The notes beneath the pieces were generated by a model, which saw only the letters and a list, made by a program, of their open reading frames with translations, was not told the DNA's origin and searched no databases. Shown here in pieces: positions 26,499 to 32,000 of a DNA stretch of 32,000 nucleotides. Positions within the stretch are counted from its first letter, which is position 1, and each line of letters starts with the position of its first letter. The stretch covers positions 904,510-936,509 of the forward strand of contig OY762934.1 of assembly GCA_963667045.1 (NCBI GenBank), read 5' to 3'. Source of the stretch: an uncultured Cohaesibacter sp. (GTDB lineage: Bacteria > Pseudomonadota > Alphaproteobacteria > Rhizobiales > Cohaesibacteraceae). Position numbers and translations under genes: made by a program.

Positions 26499-27791
26499 TC
26501 ATTTCCCTCCCCGGTCTGCATTCTGAGCAGCGTCAACAGGCTCGGCGAGCGGGCTGTAGCCAACCGCGATGCGCTTTTCACTTTCCGTGAGGAAGGCCGC
26601 ATTGCCGACCCGGCTCCACAGCGCCTCGCGCTCGCTTGCCAGTGCAGTGACGTGATCGAGATCGATCTTCAGCTCAAAGGCGTCGTCATAGGCTGGCGAG
26701 AGCCAGCGGGCGATATTCTGCAGACAGCGATTGGCAAGCGGCAGGACGGTCTGTCGCCAGAAGGCGCGGTTGGCTTCGGCATAGTTGGCATAGGTGTTGT
26801 CACCGGGAATGCCGAGCAGCATCGGCGGCACCCCGAATGCCAGGGCGATCTCGCGCGCGGCGCTGTTCTTGGCATCGATGAAATCCATGTCACGGGGCGA
26901 CATGCTCATGCTCTTCCAGTCCAAGCCACCTTCCAGCAGCAAGGGTCGCCCGGCATTCATCGCGCCCAGATAGCCCTCTTCAAGCTCCCGTTTCAAACGC
27001 TCGAACTGCTTGTCGCTGAGGTTTCCTGCCTCCGAGGCCGCATAGACCAGCGCTCCGGAGGGGCGAGCCGAGTTGTCCAGCAGAGCCTTGTTCCAGCTGG
27101 CCGCTGCGTTATGAACATCAAGGCTGACCTGGGCCGCTTCCAGCGGACTGAGGCCATAGTGATCATCGTGAGGATGAAACAGCGTGATATGCAGAATGGG
27201 CGGCAATGGCATCGCATCGTCAGACTGCAAAAAGCGCACAGACTTGCCACCGATGGTGTAGTCATAGGCCTCCGGCCAGCCGTTCGACCCGGGCACAACT
27301 TTCATCCGGTCGGGCCGCAAACAATACAGCTCCCTCAAGCTGCTGGCTCCGTAAACCGCCTCGACATAGGCATTACCCGATACAAGCAGATGGCCGTAGA
27401 GGCTCTCAAGCCATGTCGCCCCATCCTGCCGTTCATTCGGCTGGCGCAAAAGGGAAAGGACCGGATGCTCGGTAAGCCGCTCACCACCGACCAGACAAAA
27501 GATCGTGGCAGAGGCTGCAGCTTCCGAAATCATCCGGATCGAGCGATAGACAATCGGGTTACGGGCATAGCCCTGCATGGCGAGCGCGGCATAGTCTCTT
27601 GGCGTCCAGCGCGGTCTCCCTGTCTGGTGCACTGCAATGAGAGCTCCAGTGCGGGAGCTTTTGCCTTCCAGATCGGCCCCTTCCATCGCCATGTGGGGAG
27701 GTTGGGGAGTGGATGGCTGATTTTTGGACGAGCGCGTTCGCGCCGGCCCTCTCAAGGTCCAGCGAAGCATGTGCTTCTTCCTTCCTTTCAT
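26499..27791 (-). CDS. g3: HK97-family portal protein (RcGTA g3 type)
   Basis: 430 aa. RWTPRDYAALAMQGYARNPIVYRSIRMISEAAAS is the conserved GTA/HK97 portal N-terminal block. ATG 27791 lies 6 nt after the terminase stop; later ATGs at 27770, 27692 and 27686 are possible. Confidence 0.95.
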   Translation of the reverse strand: MKGRKKHMLRWTLRGPARTRSSKNQPSTPQPPHMAMEGADLEGKSSRTGALIAVHQTGRPRWTPRDYAALAMQGYARNPIVYRSIRMISEAAASATIFCLVGGERLTEHPVLSLLRQPNERQDGATWLESLYGHLLVSGNAYVEAVYGASSLRELYCLRPDRMKVVPGSNGWPEAYDYTIGGKSVRFLQSDDAMPLPPILHITLFHPHDDHYGLSPLEAAQVSLDVHNAAASWNKALLDNSARPSGALVYAASEAGNLSDKQFERLKRELEEGYLGAMNAGRPLLLEGGLDWKSMSMSPRDMDFIDAKNSAAREIALAFGVPPMLLGIPGDNTYANYAEANRAFWRQTVLPLANRCLQNIARWLSPAYDDAFELKIDLDHVTALASEREALWSRVGNAAFLTESEKRIAVGYSPLAEPVDAAQNADRGGK

Positions 27792-27797
27792 GAAGTG

Positions 27798-29159
27798 TCA
27801 GATTGCCCGAACTTTCGGTTGCGACCGATCGCCGAGGCAGAGATGCGTCACGGCCCAGACCATTGCGTCAAGCCGGTCGGGGCTTTTACCAGACGACAGG
27901 CCGTCCAGTCCGAAGTCACACATTTCATCTTCCAGTTCGGCCATGTTGCCGACGTGGCGCACCCGGCCCTGCTCATAGAGAGCGCTGACAGGTTCAGCGC
28001 GCAGATATTTCCCACGCGTTGCCCGCACAGGCCGGACAGGCACCGTCGCATCGATATTGCCGAGGATGGTCGTCACCATTTCCCCGCCCTGATTGACCTC
28101 GGCCACCACGCAATCGGCCTCGAAGCGGTTGTAGAGCGCAATGGCCTTGGTTGCCCAGGCTGTCGGGCGGGCGCTGGTCAGCGTGCTGTCCCTGAGGATG
28201 AAGCACAAACCGTCTGCGTCTACCCCCGCCACCACCAACCCGCAGGCATCGGCGCTCTTGCCCGAGGTTGCAGGTGGATCGACAGCGACCACAATCCGGC
28301 TGAGAGTCGCGGGAGGATCATCGACCCTCAGCCGGTCGAGCTGATCGCGCTTCCACAGCGCGTCGGCCCTGTCTTCGATCAATTCACCATCCAGTTCCTG
28401 CCGTCCGAGGCGCGAGCCTTCATAACGACGCACGATGGTATCGAGAAATCCTGGCGCCAGATTGGCCAGATTGGCCCGCGTGGGGGCGTGGCTGATCGCC
28501 GTGGCAGGCTCTGCCATCAGCCGTTTGAGCAAGGGTGTCGGCTTGGGCGTTGTGGTCACGATCTGGCGCGGCTTTTGCCCCAGACGCAGGCCAAACTGGA
28601 GCATGTCCCAGGTGGCCTCGGCATGACGCCACTTGGCCAGCTCATCGCCCCAGGCCGCATCGAACTGTGGCCCGCGCAGGCTTTCGGGGTCTTCGGCCGA
28701 GAATATCTGCGCCACCGCACCGTTTGGCCATTCCAGTCTGCGGCGAGAAGGCTGCCAAACCGGTCGATCTTCCTTTGCGTGAATGGCCAGAAGGCCGGAC
28801 ACCCCTTCGACCATGACATCACGGGCGTCCTGAAGGGTTTCGCCGATAAGGGCAATCCGACCATAGGAGTGCGCAGCGAACGGCGGCCTACCCTGCACCA
28901 GCGCTTTGACCCATTCGGATCCGGTGCGCGTCTTGCCTGCACCACGCCCTCCCAGAACCAGCCAGGTGATCCAGTCACCTTCAGGCGGCAACTGATCCGG
29001 TCTTGCCCAGAGCTCCCAGTCGTGAAAGATCCGCCTCAGTTCAGTGGGGCTGAGACTCGCCAGAAAGCTCGCCTGCTGTTCCCTGCTTGAGCCCATCAAG
29101 GCGGCGCGCAAGTTCATCGCGGAGGAGGTCAAGCGTGCCTGTGTCTTCGCTGCTGTCAT
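27798..29159 (-). CDS. g2: large terminase subunit (RcGTA g2 type)
   Basis: LSPTELRRIFHDWELWARPDQLPPEGDW followed by Walker A LGGRGAGKT. Start uncertain: ATG 29159 has AGGAAAGAGG 6 nt upstream, and ATGs also occur at 29117 and 29096. Every canonical (ATG/GTG/TTG) start overlaps g1 out of frame by at least 56 nt. Confidence 0.93.
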   Translation of the reverse strand: MTAAKTQARLTSSAMNLRAALMGSSREQQASFLASLSPTELRRIFHDWELWARPDQLPPEGDWITWLVLGGRGAGKTRTGSEWVKALVQGRPPFAAHSYGRIALIGETLQDARDVMVEGVSGLLAIHAKEDRPVWQPSRRRLEWPNGAVAQIFSAEDPESLRGPQFDAAWGDELAKWRHAEATWDMLQFGLRLGQKPRQIVTTTPKPTPLLKRLMAEPATAISHAPTRANLANLAPGFLDTIVRRYEGSRLGRQELDGELIEDRADALWKRDQLDRLRVDDPPATLSRIVVAVDPPATSGKSADACGLVVAGVDADGLCFILRDSTLTSARPTAWATKAIALYNRFEADCVVAEVNQGGEMVTTILGNIDATVPVRPVRATRGKYLRAEPVSALYEQGRVRHVGNMAELEDEMCDFGLDGLSSGKSPDRLDAMVWAVTHLCLGDRSQPKVRAI

Positions 29160-29625
29160 CGCCGGCCTCTTTCCTGTCGTTGGCGTCATCCTGTCCCTGC
29201 GGATTGAGTTCCATGATCTTGTCGAGCGTCCGGGCGATTGTGCCCAGCATCCGCGCTTCCTTTTCATCAAAGGCGGCGCTACCGTTCTTCAGCTGCTGTT
29301 CAAGATGGCGAATCTGCTGGTCGGTCGCGTGATAGAGCCGCCGAACCATGGACAGGTGATCAATCCCGGCGTCTGGTGCTTCCGATCCGTCAGGAACACT
29401 TGACGCGATGGAGGCTGGTTCGTGCTCACCGATCGGGCTTTCTGCAGCGGCTTTTTCATCAGATTTCTGGTCAGTCTTCTCTACCTCCCAGAGTTTGCGC
29501 CTCTTCCTCAGCGTTGCAACGCTGATGCCATGGGCGGCGGCGATTGCCGCAAAGGACCGTTCTCGCTTCAGACAATCAAGCCGAACAGCCGTCCAGTCCG
29601 GTTGCCGTGACCGTTTGTTTGGCAT
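29041..29625 (-). CDS. g1: GTA g1-position protein, putative small terminase with N-terminal helix-turn-helix
   Basis: 194 aa from ATG 29625 (AGGA 7 nt upstream). HTH-like RSFAAIAAAHGISVATLRKRRK, an acidic low-complexity linker, and a helical C-terminal half. It is the first gene of the cluster, immediately upstream of the large terminase. Confidence 0.7.
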   Translation of the reverse strand: MPNKRSRQPDWTAVRLDCLKRERSFAAIAAAHGISVATLRKRRKLWEVEKTDQKSDEKAAAESPIGEHEPASIASSVPDGSEAPDAGIDHLSMVRRLYHATDQQIRHLEQQLKNGSAAFDEKEARMLGTIARTLDKIMELNPQGQDDANDRKEAGDDSSEDTGTLDLLRDELARRLDGLKQGTAGELSGESQPH

Positions 29626-29751
29626 GCAAATTCCTGATTCAATTTGGCGTGGATCTAAAGCCCAACCCATCCGGCATCAATCAGCCCCTTCCGCAAAGGC
29701 CAAGGCCAAGACCTAGGAGCGGACAGACAAAGCCCACATGAGCAAAGGCAT

Positions 29752-29781
29752 AAAAAAAGCCGCTCCGGCGAGCCGGGCGGC
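29752..29781 (-). terminator. strong intrinsic terminator 126 nt upstream of g1 and 197 nt downstream of ycgN
   Basis: Minus-strand RNA: GCCGC-CCGG-CUCG-CCGG-A-GCGGC followed by UUUUUUUAUGCC (plus-strand A7 run at 29752-29758). Confidence 0.7.
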
Positions 29782-29859
29782 AGATGACTTGAAAGGGCCG
29801 ACGAGCCCAAATAGAACACACAAGCGGAATGGAGCCAAACTTGCTCACACCTTTCCGAC

Positions 29860-29877
29860 TGTAGCTAATATGTAGCT
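29860..29877. promoter_or_regulatory. perfect 7-bp direct repeat TGTAGCT-aata-TGTAGCT (11-bp period) in the GTA upstream region
   Basis: Read directly from the sequence. On the minus strand it reads AGCTACA-tatt-AGCTACA and overlaps the candidate -10 element. Function is inferred only. Confidence 0.3.
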
Positions 29878-29897
29878 CACAACCGTTCGGTGGTCAA
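29869..29897 (-). promoter_or_regulatory. candidate sigma70-type promoter (TTGACC-N17-TACATA) facing the GTA cluster
   Basis: On the minus strand: TTGACC (29897-29892), a 17-nt spacer, then TACATA (24-nt AT-rich tract further upstream). The -10 is weak, so this is a tentative call. Confidence 0.25.
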
Positions 29898-29977
29898 GCA
29901 AATTTCTTCTTATAGTTGTAATTTTCTAGTTTAAATTGAATTTTTTAAACCAAATCAACAGTTTGCCCGGTGTATTT

Positions 29978-30508
29978 TCAGCCCCGCTTGAGCACGACAG
30001 GATCATCGTCGGGGTCTTCTCCCGGCCAGTCGGCAATGTGGTCTTCATAGTCCTCGACCTCCATCCCCTCTTCCGAAATGACACGTCCCCTGACCGAAAT
30101 ACCGGCCTGATGGATGGTATCAGGATCACCGGAGACCAGCGGGTGCCACCAGTAGAGGTCATAGCCCTCATCCAGCAATCGATAGGCACAGGTAGGGGGC
30201 AGCCAGGACAGGGACTCGACCTTTTCCGCATCCAGCGGCACACAGTCGGGAATCGTCTCCAGCCGGTTTTCATAATCCTTGCAACGACAGCTTCCGGAAT
30301 CGAGCAGACTGCAGGCTACATTGGTCCAGATGATCTCGCCAGTGTCCCAGTCCTCCAGCTTGTTGAGGCAGCAACGGGCACACCCGTCGCAGAGGGATTC
30401 CCATTCGGCGCGGCTCATTTCATTGAGCCTCTTCACCTGCCAGAAGGGCTTTTCGAATTCGGCAGTCGGATCAACTGTGGCGATGAGATCCGGTTTCTTG
30501 TCGGTCAT
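29978..30508 (-). CDS. ycgN: YcgN-family cysteine-cluster protein (UPF0260)
   Basis: 176 aa. [14 protein letters not shown]...[19 protein letters not shown] is the YcgN cysteine pattern. Confidence 0.9.
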   Translation of the reverse strand: MTDKKPDLIATVDPTAEFEKPFWQVKRLNEMSRAEWESLCDGCARCCLNKLEDWDTGEIIWTNVACSLLDSGSCRCKDYENRLETIPDCVPLDAEKVESLSWLPPTCAYRLLDEGYDLYWWHPLVSGDPDTIHQAGISVRGRVISEEGMEVEDYEDHIADWPGEDPDDDPVVLKRG

Positions 30509-30824
30509 GACTTGGGGCCTCTACTTGTGAGCCTTGGTTGGCGGATGGCAAGGTCTGTCCGGCGCGGCGGTGGCTCCGTTTTCCTGAAAGACCGGATTTC
30601 ACCACGACGCACCATTGCGTTCAAGAGATCTGTCGAACAAATGAGAAGGGTTCGTCAAGCCCGCTGTTGAACCTCGACAGCCGCTTAACAGATTTATAGC
30701 TGTTGCCCCCATCGCGGTCACGATAAACTAAAATTTATGGCTGGCCCGGGACTTGCTTCTTGAAGAGCCGGGTTTAACAAAGTATTGCTAGGATCAGAGG
30801 TTCTGCTGAAAAAGTGCCAAAATC

Positions 30825-32000
30825 GTGAAAGATCCGTTCCAAAATAGCACAAAGGTTAAGTGGAAGTACCGCTTCCTGGCGTTTGACGCCTGGGTTGATA
30901 CTGGCATGTATCGAATCCGGGAAGCACTTCTGCGCGGTCTTGAGAGCGTCAACGCCACGATGCGCCATCTGCGTGTCACCGGTTGGCGCTATTGGCTGGT
31001 GCAGATGCTCTCGGGCGGTTTGACCATGGGGGTCTTTGGTGCCCTGTTTGCCCTGTCTTGGGCCCTCAAGGATATGGACCGGACGATCGGCGGCCTGCCC
31101 GAACAGGAAGACTATGCCATCACCTTCCTTGATCGCTTCGGCAACGAGATCGGCAAGCGCGGCATTCTGCAGGATGATTCCTTTGAATTGCAGGATTTGC
31201 CGGACAATTTCATCAAGGCCGTTCTGGCCACTGAAGACCGCCGTTTCTTCGAGCATTTCGGGATCGACTTTCTCGGGCTGGCACGCGCCATCGTCGAGAA
31301 TGCCCGCGCCGGTGGCGTCGTTCAGGGCGGCTCGACGCTCACCCAGCAGCTGGCCAAGAACCTGTTCCTGTCCAACGAGCGCACGCTCACGCGCAAGATT
31401 GATGAAGCCTTTCTGTCGCTGTGGCTGGAAGCCCGGCTGACCAAGCGCCAGATCCTGAAACTCTATCTCGACCGCGCCTATATGGGCGGCGGCACCTATG
31501 GTATCGCAGCTGCATCCAAATATTATTTCGGCAAGACCGCCAAGGATCTGACGCTTGCGGAATCGGCCATGTTGGCAGGTCTCTTCAAGGCACCGACCAA
31601 ATATGCCCCGCATGTCAATCTGCCCCGCGCCCGCGCCCGCGCCAAGGAAGTGCTAGTCAACATGGTGCAGGCCGGTTTCCTGACAGAAGGCCAGATCGTG
31701 GGTGCCCTGCGCAATCCGGCCACGCCGATTGATCTGGCAGAGAAGGACACACCAAACTTCTTCCTTGATTGGGCCTTTGAGGAAGTCAAACGCATCGTCG
31801 GCGGCAAGCATCGCGTGCTGACGGTCAAAACCTCCATTGACATGACCGTGCAGAAGCAGTCCGAGCAGGCGATCGAGAGCATTCTGCGAGAAAACGGCAA
31901 GCAGTATGACGTCAGCGAAGCAGCAGCCGTTCTGATGGAAACGGATGGTGCTGTGGTCGCGATCATCGGTGGGCAGGACTATGGCAAGAGCCAGTTCAAC
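30825..32000 (+). CDS. class A penicillin-binding protein (PBP1A family), N-terminal glycosyltransferase part, truncated by the window end
   Basis: My own translation of the frame with codon starts at multiples of 3, open from the stop at 30807-30809 to position 32000. It is absent from the track as it has no stop. GT51 motifs ATEDRRFFEHFGID, GGSTLTQQLAKN, RKIDEAFLSLWLE and LYLDRAYMGGG; TM anchor LVQMLSGGLTMGVFGALFALSWAL. Start uncertain: GTG 30825 or ATG 30906. Confidence 0.9.
   Translation, partial: MKDPFQNSTKVKWKYRFLAFDAWVDTGMYRIREALLRGLESVNATMRHLRVTGWRYWLVQMLSGGLTMGVFGALFALSWALKDMDRTIGGLPEQEDYAITFLDRFGNEIGKRGILQDDSFELQDLPDNFIKAVLATEDRRFFEHFGIDFLGLARAIVENARAGGVVQGGSTLTQQLAKNLFLSNERTLTRKIDEAFLSLWLEARLTKRQILKLYLDRAYMGGGTYGIAAASKYYFGKTAKDLTLAESAMLAGLFKAPTKYAPHVNLPRARARAKEVLVNMVQAGFLTEGQIVGALRNPATPIDLAEKDTPNFFLDWAFEEVKRIVGGKHRVLTVKTSIDMTVQKQSEQAIESILRENGKQYDVSEAAAVLMETDGAVVAIIGGQDYGKSQFN

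Noticed and set aside
26373-29090. 905-aa plus-strand ORF
   Set aside because: It is antisense to the portal and terminase genes, which carry clear family motifs. The product is Arg/Gly/Pro-rich with no motifs, a typical long shadow ORF of GC-rich DNA.
13832-29670. Interpretation as an integrated or defective prophage
   Set aside because: There is no integrase, repressor, replication gene or tRNA/att feature. The g12-g15 module and the 200-aa tape measure are GTA hallmarks, and the flanks are core genes.
29931-29948. Possible CtrA box (TTAA...TTAA) in the AT-rich tract upstream of the GTA cluster
   Set aside because: The half-sites are separated by 10 nt, not the 7 nt of the TTAA-N7-TTAAC consensus. 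No other in-register match was found in the spacer on either strand.
30774-31613. 279-aa minus-strand ORF
   Set aside because: It is antisense to the plus-strand PBP glycosyltransferase frame, which carries all GT51 motifs but is missing from the track because it has no stop inside the window.

Overview
Alphaproteobacterial (Hyphomicrobiales/Rhizobiales-like, roughly 55-60% GC) chromosomal segment. Every confidently called gene except the last is on the minus strand. Left part (1-13.8 kb): an OmpR-type response regulator, DegP/HtrA protease, a YegD-like Hsp70, the cytochrome c maturation block ccmI-ccmE-ccmF-ccmH (cycHJKL order), a 464-aa lower-GC orphan, a glycine-zipper surface lipoprotein, and a PepSY / PhoP-like regulator / PhoQ-like kinase operon. 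Centre-right (13.8-29.9 kb): a complete, uninterrupted RcGTA-type gene transfer agent (GTA) head-tail cluster, g1 to g15. It has no integrase, immunity or replication genes. Three small genes follow it directly and look like a holin plus an overlapped i-spanin/o-spanin pair. Right end: a YcgN cysteine-cluster protein and the 5' part of a class A penicillin-binding protein (+ strand, runs off the window). The GTA family itself is known. The notable points are sequence-level details: (1) the g10.1 chaperone frame has no canonical start and sits in the -1 frame behind an A-AAC-CCC slippery heptamer, a 5-nt spacer and a GC-rich hairpin at the end of g10; (2) a lysis-like trio is appended to g15; (3) a promoter-like element, a TGTAGCT-N4-TGTAGCT direct repeat, a structured ~110-nt leader and a strong intrinsic terminator lie upstream of g1; (4) intrinsic-terminator-like hairpins sit inside the cluster after the capsid and tape-measure genes; (5) an extra 85-aa ORF, ATGA-coupled at both ends, lies between g7 and g8. 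All family assignments come from motif recognition by eye, and no database search was run. No tRNA, rRNA, CRISPR array or transposase was seen.
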